This document shows, piece after piece, positions 17,099-26,797 of a stretch of 44,891 nt of DNA. The stretch comes from Bacilli bacterium (lineage in GTDB: Bacteria; Bacillota_I; Bacilli_A; ML615J-28; CAG-698). Position 1 is the first letter of the stretch, and every line of letters begins with the position of its first letter. Made by a program: the position numbers and the translations under genes. The DNA lies in assembly GCA_035377365.1 (NCBI GenBank), contig DAOSSK010000003.1, positions 1 through 44,891 of the forward strand, written 5' to 3'. Under the pieces are notes generated by a model that was not told the origin of the DNA, ran no database searches, and worked only from the letters and a program-made list of their open reading frames with translations.

Positions 17099-18323
17099 AA
17101 TAGAACACCACCCTTGATATTACAATCAATACTAAGGATATTAGTATGATTGATGATAAACAGAATAACCAGCTCATAGCCGCATGAATACCATGAGCAG
17201 TAACCATCCCTAAACCACCAGTTAAGGCTACGAAGTTATTTACTGAATAATAATCTAAAATACTTAAGAGATCACTTCGTAAGAAGGAGTCAACAACAGT
17301 ATAAACACCTGCCGTAAGCATTAATGGCGAAACCATTGGGAAAGTAATTTTCCAAAAGATTTCATATTGAGTTGCCCCCTCCATTTTAGCTGCTTCATAT
17401 AGATGTTTAGGAACTGATTGAATTGCACTTAAGAAAATTAAGATTTGAACACCCGAATATGTAATTACATCATAAATCGAGGATGTTGCGTTGCCCAAGA
17501 AGGATACAACACCTCCAGGAACTCCCGCTTCGAGTAAGAAGAAACTAAAGTCAAATCCACCTTGGAGCATTGTACTTGTTGTTTCTGCAGTAGCAGCTGT
17601 TAATTCTGCTCCTGTTTTCATCGCAACTTCAACTGCTTGTGAGTTAAAGATAACTGGCATAAAGAAGACTGCTCTTACAAAACTACGGCCAGGAAATTGT
17701 GTATTTAAAACAACTGCGATAATTAAACTGAAAATTAATACTAATGGTACTTCAAGTAAAGTGTTACCAAATGATGTTAATAGTCTTTGTCTGAAAGTAG
17801 AATGTTGATTCCAAACAAATTGATAGTTATCAAAACCGATATTTTCAGTAATAACTCCCATATTATCTCCCGTAACTGGATTTAATCCTATCGTTTGAAT
17901 ATGAGAAAAACTATAGAAAACAGTTGTAATAAACGGAATTAAGAAGAAATAACCAAAACCGATAACTAGCGGAATGACAAAAACAACTCCCCATAAAGCT
18001 TTCTTTTTTCTATGAGTTAAATTTCTAGTTAGTTTTCTTGGAACAAAAGATAAAACATCTTTTACCTTTACAACTGGTTTTGAAATGTTAATCTTATGGA
18101 AAAAGTCTTGAATTGCCCATTTAGCTTTTTTATACCAAGTAACCTTGTCTCTTTTAGCTTGAGCTTTTTGATCTTTTTGAAGTTGCTTTTGCATCTCCTT
18201 TTCTCTTTTGGCTTGGATTTTATCTTGCTTTGCTTGTTCTTCTAAAGCAATATAATATCTTCTCCTAGCAAAATAGTCATTCCATTTTTCTTTGAAGGTT
18301 TTTTTAGCTTGATTTTGATTCAT
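17088..18323 (-). CDS. CUT1-family carbohydrate ABC transporter permease with a roughly 100-aa K/Q-rich N-terminal extension
   Basis: The EAA loop is EAAKMEGATQYEIFWKITFPMVSP. The N-terminus contains QAKQDKIQAKREKEMQKQLQKDQKAQAKRDK. Confidence 0.85.
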   Translation of the reverse strand: MNQNQAKKTFKEKWNDYFARRRYYIALEEQAKQDKIQAKREKEMQKQLQKDQKAQAKRDKVTWYKKAKWAIQDFFHKINISKPVVKVKDVLSFVPRKLTRNLTHRKKKALWGVVFVIPLVIGFGYFFLIPFITTVFYSFSHIQTIGLNPVTGDNMGVITENIGFDNYQFVWNQHSTFRQRLLTSFGNTLLEVPLVLIFSLIIAVVLNTQFPGRSFVRAVFFMPVIFNSQAVEVAMKTGAELTAATAETTSTMLQGGFDFSFFLLEAGVPGGVVSFLGNATSSIYDVITYSGVQILIFLSAIQSVPKHLYEAAKMEGATQYEIFWKITFPMVSPLMLTAGVYTVVDSFLRSDLLSILDYYSVNNFVALTGGLGMVTAHGIHAAMSWLFCLSSIILISLVLIVISRVVFYYDE

Positions 18324-18325
18324 AA

Positions 18326-21300
18326 TTATTCTCCTTCCAAGATGACATAGTCATTTGCAGCAATGGAAATTCCATTTATGCTATCTAAATATTGGCTATT
18401 TGCATAGTTAATAATAACTCTACAAACAACGCCAAAATCATTTGCATACGTAGATTGAACTACGTTGTCTGTAATGTACTTATGGTCTACTAATCTTCCT
18501 TGGTGAATTCCTGCCTCATTGATTCTTTGATTCATCTCAACAATTTTGTTTTCCCAGTTTAGGAAGTAAGTATTAAAGTACTCTGTATAATCAGTCGTTA
18601 GTAAGGTATTAGTATCTGCATATGAAATTACGAAGTTCAAATTCGAACCTGTCTCCAAAGCTTTTAATAGATACCAACGATAAGATTGTTGATTGTTATA
18701 GTTAACTGTAGTTGTTGTATAGTCAACTAATCCACTTAATGCTAATTGATATAAAGGAATCGAATGCTCTACTGCTGGATATAAAGTTGTAGTAACTGGT
18801 GCATCAACAATAATGTTTGCATATTGTAATGCATAATCAAACGGATTTTTAAGCATTACCTTTTTACCAGACTCTTTAGCTATATCTAATGTAGCTATTT
18901 GATAATCTTGACCAACAACAGTAAAGATTTCTTTTTTATTATCATATGACGAAACTTTTAAGTTACCTAAATCAGATAAATAAATACCTGAAGTATTAAG
19001 TTTCTCATAATTAGCTAAGTATTTATTAAAGTATGATTGATAAAAACGAGGTGAAATGTGATAAATCGGAGCAAGAGAACGATCAAATCTACCAGTAGGT
19101 ACTACATAAGGATAGTATACAGTTTCTGTATTACTTACACTCTTAGCGTTGTACTTTTTCATACCAAATGGATAGTCATATCCTTGGTTTGTAGAAACGT
19201 TAACTTCTGGATAGAAATTAATATTGTTCTCAGTTAAGAATTCACTTAACTTCTTAAATCCTTTTTTTCCACCTAAAACATTAGAAATTTTAATATCTTT
19301 TCTTGCTTTAGGTTCCATCTCATCTTTAGTCCATGATGTATAACTAACACTAAAGTTTTCTACACCTTTTTCTTTTAAGATTTCAATAATCTCTTGTGCT
19401 TCTTCAAAAGTTGTTAGACTATGTGTTTTTTGATAAACAAATCCAGCTGTCATTGTATCTTTTTCAAAAGCACCTAAGAAGTTTAGATTAACTACATTAG
19501 TCTTAGTTTGATCAATTTCTTGCAAATCGTATTTGTTAATTAAATAACTACGATATTGCTTTGCTACCTCAACATAATTAAAGTTAGCATTTGATTTTAC
19601 TTCACCATCTTCAATTGTTTCTGGAACAATGAACTGGAAGTAATATGATAAGTCCGTAGGAATCAACGATTTCGACCATTTTTGATATGAAGATACATAC
19701 CATGATCTTCCAACATTTACAAACTCAGAATCCCTCATACTTACTTCATAGTTAACATAGTTTGAACTACCTGCTGTCCTTGTTCTCATAAAGTCAGCCA
19801 CAATACTATGATGACTTGGAGCAGATTCAATAATACCGATAACCCCTACATTTTCTGTCTTATCTAAATAAGCATACATTGGTAGCATTATTGTTTGTAC
19901 ATCAGCTGGTGCTGTACGTAAGATCTGTGATTTATCAAAACCATAAATCTTTTTCGGTTGATAACCCGCTACGAATTGATCTTGTTTATCACTATTAAAA
20001 CCAATTACAGCTCCACTACCATCAGGGATAATAATTTCCCCTTCAGAGTTATGGTCAAAATTTTTATTGAAGAATGGTAAAATTTCAATACTTGAAATTC
20101 TGAATTCATGAGGATAACCATCTTCACCACTAGCACCTTCTTTAATTGAATCATGTAAAACATCAAACTTTAATCCATTTAATGTAAGCTCGTATTGAAC
20201 TCCAACTTGGAAAACCGCACTTGCTGAAGCAGCACTTTGTTGGTAAATCCTATTTTGCTCTTCTACAATATTCCTTCTTTCTTCGCCTTCAGCTGCTAAG
20301 AAAGGTTCACTAAATTGAGCACGAACTGGATTACCTAGTTGATCATAAACATAGTTTCCTTCTGCGTCTCTTAGTGGAACTCCACCTTGAACTACTGGTC
20401 TACCCTCATAATAAACAATTTTACTATCATCATATTTATCTATAACTGAAGTACTAGTTCTCATATAATTAGTTGGACTAATATCATATAAGAACATATA
20501 TAATTCATTTCTTCTTGATTCTGATGTAGCTTTATTTTCATAAGTCTTAGAACTATTTTCTGTATAGTGAATATAGTTTTTATTTGTTTCGTTAGTAGTT
20601 ATGTTATAGATAAGTTCATAGTTACCATCCATAATTGACTTAATATTAGCTGCCGTTAAGAATGGGTTAACACGAACAGGAGAATCTTTAGTATTGCAGT
20701 TTACCCCTACAACTAACTTTGGTTTTCCCACTTTGTCTATAGTTACTTTACCATCTTCATAATCTGCTTCTGTCCAAAGCAATCCACTTAAATCCCAATA
20801 GCCTAAGAAAGTATTAGTACCATCAACACTATAAGCTGGTGTTGCTTTGCCTAAGCCATTTGCTTCAATATAATTAGCAGCTTCTTCGTTTGTTGTAACA
20901 CCATTTTCACGATAAATTAAATTAAAATGACCTTGTGAATCACGCTCAGATGATACAACTTTCGTAATCCAAGTGTTACCTCTAACTACATCTTCAAAGA
21001 CTGTTCTTTCAATATATTTAGGGAAGAAGTTGTTGGCATTAGTAAATTCACCAACTTCATATAAAACTTGAACTTTATTATCCCCAGCATAATTAATCTT
21101 GTAGTGTTTTGTAGCCGTACCTTTAATTAAGTCCATATAAGCTACACTCTTCGAATATGTTCCTAAGGCTGTTGCTGAAACTTTTCCGCTTTTGCCAAAA
21201 TAACGAAGTCTAAAAACATCACCACTAACTAATTCACCTCTATCATTTGTGTAATCACTTAACTGATATAAAACATTAAATGATTCATACACTAAAAAGC

Positions 21301-22279
21301 CGTTTTTATCTTGAACTTGAACTCCACCAACTTTCTTTGGTGTTCCAGTTGAATTTAAGCCAATCGAAATAGCCGTTGTTTTTTCATTAATATACATTGT
21401 AAATTTTTCATTTTGAGCTACAATTCTTTCTTCCTCAAAAATTGATGTTTTATATTCAATGTTATCTAAAACTGAGTTTAAAACAATTGACTCAGCAATA
21501 TCATTTAAAATACCAACTGCTCTTTGTATATCTTGACGAATATTTGCAAGAACTTCTTCATCAGGATCTTCAATTGATTTTTGAACTATTGCTAGTTCTG
21601 ACATCTTAGTTTCAATTAACTTAATTGGATAATCAAAAACAATAGTATGATTCTCAAAATCTATATTAGTATTATTTGGAAGAACGATTTCTTGATCTTC
21701 CATTTCACCTTCTTCTCCACCTTCTTTAGGTACTTGAATAATAGTTGTTTCATAAGTGTCAAAGAAGTTTAATGCAGTTAATTTATCTACAATCTCTTGA
21801 AAAGCGGCTTTGCCTTTATCTGTTGTTGCTACAACTTTTAAGTTATCAACTCCTGGTTCACCTAAATTATCTTCATAGATGTCCATATCAAAATCACCAG
21901 TTTCAAAAAGTCTAGCAATAGCAAGTTGAGCAATATACATTTCATTAGTAATATCTTCTTCATTATAACCAACATTTAAATTAAGATAGATTGCTGTATT
22001 GCCATAGTAATCTGTTTTTTCAACTTTATAACCTGCAGTCTTTAATGCATTAGCTACATTGTCAATATCACTTGCAGGGAATCCTGCCTTAAAAGTAATT
22101 TTACGATCATATTGTTCTAGATGAGAAAAATCAAGGAGAAATTCTTCAGAATTGAATTCTTCATTATCATAGCTAATAGTTGTTGCTTTTAGGCCACCGA
22201 TAAAGTAAACACCTAAAGTAATACTAATTGCTATAACTAATAGACCTAAAACAATATGTCTTAATCTAATAATTTTCAA
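18326..22279 (-). CDS. Large (1317 aa) N-terminally membrane-anchored extracytoplasmic protein of unknown function (possibly DUF5696-type; unverified)
   Basis: A single N-terminal TM segment (IVLGLLVIAISITLGVYFIGG) is present. The rest is hydrophilic with no motif of a characterised enzyme family that I can name. It is packed between a Yip1-like gene and a permease gene (2-nt gap). Confidence 0.45.
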   Translation of the reverse strand: MKIIRLRHIVLGLLVIAISITLGVYFIGGLKATTISYDNEEFNSEEFLLDFSHLEQYDRKITFKAGFPASDIDNVANALKTAGYKVEKTDYYGNTAIYLNLNVGYNEEDITNEMYIAQLAIARLFETGDFDMDIYEDNLGEPGVDNLKVVATTDKGKAAFQEIVDKLTALNFFDTYETTIIQVPKEGGEEGEMEDQEIVLPNNTNIDFENHTIVFDYPIKLIETKMSELAIVQKSIEDPDEEVLANIRQDIQRAVGILNDIAESIVLNSVLDNIEYKTSIFEEERIVAQNEKFTMYINEKTTAISIGLNSTGTPKKVGGVQVQDKNGFLVYESFNVLYQLSDYTNDRGELVSGDVFRLRYFGKSGKVSATALGTYSKSVAYMDLIKGTATKHYKINYAGDNKVQVLYEVGEFTNANNFFPKYIERTVFEDVVRGNTWITKVVSSERDSQGHFNLIYRENGVTTNEEAANYIEANGLGKATPAYSVDGTNTFLGYWDLSGLLWTEADYEDGKVTIDKVGKPKLVVGVNCNTKDSPVRVNPFLTAANIKSIMDGNYELIYNITTNETNKNYIHYTENSSKTYENKATSESRRNELYMFLYDISPTNYMRTSTSVIDKYDDSKIVYYEGRPVVQGGVPLRDAEGNYVYDQLGNPVRAQFSEPFLAAEGEERRNIVEEQNRIYQQSAASASAVFQVGVQYELTLNGLKFDVLHDSIKEGASGEDGYPHEFRISSIEILPFFNKNFDHNSEGEIIIPDGSGAVIGFNSDKQDQFVAGYQPKKIYGFDKSQILRTAPADVQTIMLPMYAYLDKTENVGVIGIIESAPSHHSIVADFMRTRTAGSSNYVNYEVSMRDSEFVNVGRSWYVSSYQKWSKSLIPTDLSYYFQFIVPETIEDGEVKSNANFNYVEVAKQYRSYLINKYDLQEIDQTKTNVVNLNFLGAFEKDTMTAGFVYQKTHSLTTFEEAQEIIEILKEKGVENFSVSYTSWTKDEMEPKARKDIKISNVLGGKKGFKKLSEFLTENNINFYPEVNVSTNQGYDYPFGMKKYNAKSVSNTETVYYPYVVPTGRFDRSLAPIYHISPRFYQSYFNKYLANYEKLNTSGIYLSDLGNLKVSSYDNKKEIFTVVGQDYQIATLDIAKESGKKVMLKNPFDYALQYANIIVDAPVTTTLYPAVEHSIPLYQLALSGLVDYTTTTVNYNNQQSYRWYLLKALETGSNLNFVISYADTNTLLTTDYTEYFNTYFLNWENKIVEMNQRINEAGIHQGRLVDHKYITDNVVQSTYANDFGVVCRVIINYANSQYLDSINGISIAANDYVILEGE

Positions 22280-22294
22280 CTTATTTTCCTCCTT

Positions 22295-23020
22295 CTAGAA
22301 ATATCGTAAGGATATCTCTCGATATACTGTGTATACGAAACTAAAGATTCTACGGTATAAATCAAATAGCAAAGCAACAGCAAATAGAATTACTATAGCC
22401 GCAACTAAAGTAAACACTGCCATTAAAACACATTTTACTAAACCGTACTCATGAATAGCCATCCAACCAACGAAAAGGAAATAAGCACTACCAAAAGCTC
22501 CAATACCCATAATTAAACTATAGATACCTACTTCTTTAGCTACGATAATATTACTTACAAAAATTCCAAAGAATTTAGTAACTATCATTGGAAATAAAGC
22601 ATAACTAGTAAGTAAGAAGATATCTTTCATCGTTCCTTTACCGTCAAATAGTGTTGTAACTGACCAGTTAGCAACTACTAAAACAACTAAAGGTACAACT
22701 ACATATCCTATTTCCGCTATCGTATTTAAATCAGTAATGTCTCTTTGGTTTACAATAAAACCTGAGTAATGGAAATCCATAATACTTAAAAGAATATAAA
22801 GAACAATGTAAGTAATAGCTAAACCCATCTTTGCTCTTTTATATCTCTTAAATTCATCAAATCCTTTAAAAGGTTGAAATAAAATATAAACAGGAAACTT
22901 AACTCCTTCATTCCATAAAAACTTAAAGAATTGTGAGATTTTTGATAAAACAAGCTTTGCAATATTAAGAAACTTTTCTTTTTTAGAAACTTCAGTTGTC
23001 ATAATTTGTTTTCCTTCCAT
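22295..23020 (-). CDS. Yip1-domain-like polytopic membrane protein
   Basis: It has about five TM segments. The N-terminal PFKGFDEFKRYKRAKMGLAITYIVLY and the later FDGKGTMKDIFLLTSYALFPMI resemble bacterial Yip1-family proteins. Confidence 0.5.
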   Translation of the reverse strand: MEGKQIMTTEVSKKEKFLNIAKLVLSKISQFFKFLWNEGVKFPVYILFQPFKGFDEFKRYKRAKMGLAITYIVLYILLSIMDFHYSGFIVNQRDITDLNTIAEIGYVVVPLVVLVVANWSVTTLFDGKGTMKDIFLLTSYALFPMIVTKFFGIFVSNIIVAKEVGIYSLIMGIGAFGSAYFLFVGWMAIHEYGLVKCVLMAVFTLVAAIVILFAVALLFDLYRRIFSFVYTVYREISLRYF

Positions 23021-24801
23021 TAATCTTCACCCACAATTCTAATAATATCTTTCCTTGGTAGCTCTGCTATCTTACTTCTAGCAACTAAAATTAAAGCTGC
23101 TCCGATTGCTAAAACAGCAAATGCTGTAAAGTTAAGTTTAATTTCACGATCACGATATCTTTGATAAGCATTTGAATAATAACTAGTTTCAAATCCTAAA
23201 CGGAAGTTAGCCATAGCATCTTGATATCTATTTTCATTTAATAATGATTTACCAATACCAATATAAGCAAGCTCATAGTTAGGGTTTTCTGAAACTACGT
23301 TCTTCCACTCTTCTGCTGCTTCAGCTAATTGACCATTATATTGATATTTAACTGCTTTATTAATAATCTTTGCAATATCAGTTGGTTCAAAACGAATAAC
23401 AGCTTTGTTGTATTTATCAAGTACTAAGATATCTTCACCTTGATAACGAACAGCAGTTGGGCTATTGATGTTATTTAACTCTGGTCCTGAATTTCCTGAA
23501 ATGTAAAGTAAGTTACCTTCGTCATCATAAGTAAATAATCTTCCTGCTTTTTCGTCTGCTACTGTATAAACACCATAGTCATTAATTGCAATACCTGCAA
23601 ATCTTGATGAAATCGAGATTCCATCGCTTGCACTACTACCTTCTATGGTAAATGCAATATCCCCTACTGGTAAATGATAACCATTTTTAACTAAAGTATC
23701 TTTACCTGATGGGTTAATCTTTTTGATCATTGTTGTTGCATCTTCACTATAAGTAGAGATCTTTGTTGCTCTAGAAACAGTATAGATAAAGCCATCATCA
23801 TCAATTGATAAATTTCTAAACTCAGTATTTACAATCGCTGTTTGTTGTTTTAGTTGTTCTTCTGTCGAGAAGTTACGCCAAAACTTATCCCAAGCGGATA
23901 ATGTTGTATAGTTAACACCAACATAACTCATGAACTCGCCAAAGTAGCTCATTTGCATAATACCTTCAAAAACAGACTCAGAAATTACAAACATTCTTCC
24001 TGTTGAGTCAGTAACCATTTTTAAAGGCGAAAATGTCTTACCTTCAAAAACAATTGATTCTGGTTGACATACAACTTGAATAACGTGGTAATCAACTGGA
24101 TCTAAAAGTAAAATTTGGTTATTTCCTTTATCACAAATATATAAAACATCTTGATATTCACCTTCAATAATGAATCCACCTTCATCTCTTAAAGGTCTTA
24201 AAGCACGATAAACACCAGAAATATTTTTTGGTTGGATATACCATCTTTGACTATCCCCCCTACTTTCTACTGGAGTTTGAAGTGGTGCTGTAAATGTTAA
24301 CCAGTCAACTTTATTCTTAAATAGTTCATTACTAGTATCTGTACCAGACTTAACTCTATCATATTCATAACGAGTAATTGTATCTGGTCTAAACTCATAA
24401 CGAGTAATAATTTCACCTTCATAAAACCTATCTACAGTTTCACCTTTAAGGCGATATCTTCTTGTTCTTCTTGATGCATCGCTACCTTGTTTAAGTGTTA
24501 ATGTACTATCAAAAACATATAAATGGTTAGAGATTGAATCAATAATGTAAATTGTTTCTTCACCTGTAACTGGGTGTTTAAATATAAACAAGTCTTCTGG
24601 AGAAGTAAATTGGTCAGCTGGTATTCCTTCCCAGGCATTTGATGTAATCGTATAGATTCCATCAGTACTTGCACTCATTCCCACTGTTGAGTGGATAGCT
24701 GTTCCTTTATGGTCATAAGTATATCCACCCTTAGCATTAACACTAACAACAGCAGAACCAAGTAGCAATAAAGCAATTAGCAAATAAAATACTTTCTTCA
24801 T
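23020..24801 (-). CDS. Secreted NHL-type beta-propeller protein with a TPR segment and a C-terminal TM anchor
   Basis: The signal peptide ends VSVNA-KG. About six blade-like repeats are visible (for example SPEDLFIF...IYIIDSISNHLYVFD, VLYICDKGNNQILLLD, GVYTVADEKAGRLFTYD, ILVLDKYNKAVIRF). A TPR-like stretch YQYNGQLAEAAEEWKNVVSENPNYELAYIGIGKSLL follows, then the TM segment FTAFAVLAIGAALILVA. Confidence 0.5.
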   Translation of the reverse strand: MKKVFYLLIALLLLGSAVVSVNAKGGYTYDHKGTAIHSTVGMSASTDGIYTITSNAWEGIPADQFTSPEDLFIFKHPVTGEETIYIIDSISNHLYVFDSTLTLKQGSDASRRTRRYRLKGETVDRFYEGEIITRYEFRPDTITRYEYDRVKSGTDTSNELFKNKVDWLTFTAPLQTPVESRGDSQRWYIQPKNISGVYRALRPLRDEGGFIIEGEYQDVLYICDKGNNQILLLDPVDYHVIQVVCQPESIVFEGKTFSPLKMVTDSTGRMFVISESVFEGIMQMSYFGEFMSYVGVNYTTLSAWDKFWRNFSTEEQLKQQTAIVNTEFRNLSIDDDGFIYTVSRATKISTYSEDATTMIKKINPSGKDTLVKNGYHLPVGDIAFTIEGSSASDGISISSRFAGIAINDYGVYTVADEKAGRLFTYDDEGNLLYISGNSGPELNNINSPTAVRYQGEDILVLDKYNKAVIRFEPTDIAKIINKAVKYQYNGQLAEAAEEWKNVVSENPNYELAYIGIGKSLLNENRYQDAMANFRLGFETSYYSNAYQRYRDREIKLNFTAFAVLAIGAALILVARSKIAELPRKDIIRIVGED

Positions 24802-24804
24802 AGC

Positions 24805-25800
24805 TTAATCCTTTAGTCCACTTGTAGCCATTGTTTCAAGCATGCTACTTTGGGAAATAATAAACATTGTTATTGGTACGGTAATCATAATTAAGCTTAC
24901 CGCAGCTAATGTACCCGATCTTGCAGCTCCAGCTGTAGCTATTTGCGATAGGGCATAACTTACCATCTTAAAGTCTTCACGATAAATATACATCGCTCCT
25001 TGTGTATTCCATAAACTTTGGAAAACTAAAATAATTAAAGTAATCCAAGCTGGTTTTACTAAAGGCATAACGATAGTCCAAAAAATCTTAAAATCGCCAG
25101 CACCATCTAACTTCGCTGATTCAATGTACGAAGTCGGTACTTGAGACATAAACTGTTTCATTAAGAATAATCCTAGGGATGATCCTATCATCGGCAAGAT
25201 TAAAGCTAGTGGATTATCAATTAAACCAATCCAGTTAAAGATAATGTAGTTAGGAATAGAAGTTACTGCTCCTGGGAACATTAAAGAATAAACGATAATT
25301 GTAAAGATAATCGTTCCACCTGGAATCTTATATTTTGCAAGTGGATAAGCACACATTGAGGCAATAACTACGTGTCCTACTGTTCCAAGTATTGTTACCA
25401 TAACTGTATTAAATAAATATCTAGCAAATGGAACAGTTGAGTTAGCTAGTGCAACACTCAAATCTGTGAAGTTATCTAAAGTTGGGTTTCTTACAATAAT
25501 GTTTGGTGGGAACTTGAATAACTCATCTAGAGGTTTAAAGGCATTGTTTATTACTAATACTAGTGGTAATGCACTTAAAATTCCCGCTAAACATAGGAAG
25601 AAAAATAGTACTAAGTCGCCCCCAACTGATCTATTAATTCTTTTTCTTTTTTTACTACGGCGATGTACTTTAATCGTGCTTATTTCTGCGAAAGGTCGTG
25701 AGTCAATACGTTTAGCACGTTTGGCGTTACGAAGAGCTTTTTTATCTTCTTTTAGCTGAGCTTTTTCAGCTGCAGTTAATTTTTTTCTTGCTTCAGCCAT
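24805..25800 (-). CDS. CUT1-family carbohydrate ABC transporter permease
   Basis: The EAA loop is ESAKLDGAGDFKIFWTIVMPLVKP. It has a basic N-terminal extension of about 60 aa. Confidence 0.85.
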   Translation of the reverse strand: MAEARKKLTAAEKAQLKEDKKALRNAKRAKRIDSRPFAEISTIKVHRRSKKRKRINRSVGGDLVLFFFLCLAGILSALPLVLVINNAFKPLDELFKFPPNIIVRNPTLDNFTDLSVALANSTVPFARYLFNTVMVTILGTVGHVVIASMCAYPLAKYKIPGGTIIFTIIVYSLMFPGAVTSIPNYIIFNWIGLIDNPLALILPMIGSSLGLFLMKQFMSQVPTSYIESAKLDGAGDFKIFWTIVMPLVKPAWITLIILVFQSLWNTQGAMYIYREDFKMVSYALSQIATAGAARSGTLAAVSLIMITVPITMFIISQSSMLETMATSGLKD

Positions 25801-26795
25801 TATGATCCCACCCTTCCAATAATTTTTCTAATTAATTTATTTAATGCTATCGCCGAAACGAAAAGGATTGTGGCAATCGCTGAAGCATAACCCATCTCAA
25901 ATCTTTGTCCACCATAGTCTTGTAAGTGGTTTACAATCGTATGACCGGCATAGTTAATTGAAGGGAAACCAGCTAAAGCAGTAGTTACAGCACCAACACC
26001 AAGTGATGCTGAGATTGATAATACAGCACTAAATAAAAGCTGTGGTCTCATGTTTGGTAAAGTAATATACCATAACTCTTGCCAACGGTTTTTAACACCA
26101 TCAACTGCTGCTGCTTCGTATTGTGATCTATCGACACCTTTTAGACCAGCAATTAAGGTTAAGAAGTTAACCCCTAAGCTCATCCAAAGCTGAACAATAA
26201 TTACAATCGGCAATATATATTTTTCTGTTTGAAGCCAAAGAATAGGTTCTCTAATAAATCCCCAATTGATTAAGAAGGAATTGGCATAACCATAAATATC
26301 ACTAGAGAAAATCAAACTCCAAATTGTAATCGCTCCTCCAGAAATAGATGGAGCATAGAAAATTAAAGTTATAAATGCTCTTAGTTTATCTGGTAATTCA
26401 TTAATTAACCAAGCAAGGACAAAGGAAATTATGTATCCAAGTGGCCCAGTAATAATCGCAATAATTAAAGTATTTTGCACAGCTACAATAAAAATTGGAT
26501 CATCTAATAATAGTGTTAAGTAGTTTGACCAACCGATAAATTTTGGAGCCTCAAGTAAGTTAAAATATGTAAAACTTAAGAAGAAGCTCATTAAAACAGG
26601 TAAAACAGTAAATAAGAAAAATAATGCTAAGTAAGGAATCATCATTAAATATAATGTTTTATTTAACCAAAATTTTCTTCTTGCTGGCTTTTTCCTGCTC
26701 CAAACATCTAAACGGCGGGCAGTATCTTCTTTCCACTCACGAAAAGATCTTCTTTTCTTGATAGCTTGATTATCTGCTATAACTTTTTCAGCCAT
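25800..26795 (-). CDS. CUT1-family carbohydrate ABC transporter permease
   Basis: The EAA loop is EAAAVDGVKNRWQELWYITLPNMRP. It has six TM segments. Confidence 0.85.
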   Translation of the reverse strand: MAEKVIADNQAIKKRRSFREWKEDTARRLDVWSRKKPARRKFWLNKTLYLMMIPYLALFFLFTVLPVLMSFFLSFTYFNLLEAPKFIGWSNYLTLLLDDPIFIVAVQNTLIIAIITGPLGYIISFVLAWLINELPDKLRAFITLIFYAPSISGGAITIWSLIFSSDIYGYANSFLINWGFIREPILWLQTEKYILPIVIIVQLWMSLGVNFLTLIAGLKGVDRSQYEAAAVDGVKNRWQELWYITLPNMRPQLLFSAVLSISASLGVGAVTTALAGFPSINYAGHTIVNHLQDYGGQRFEMGYASAIATILFVSAIALNKLIRKIIGRVGS

Positions 26796-26797
26796 AC

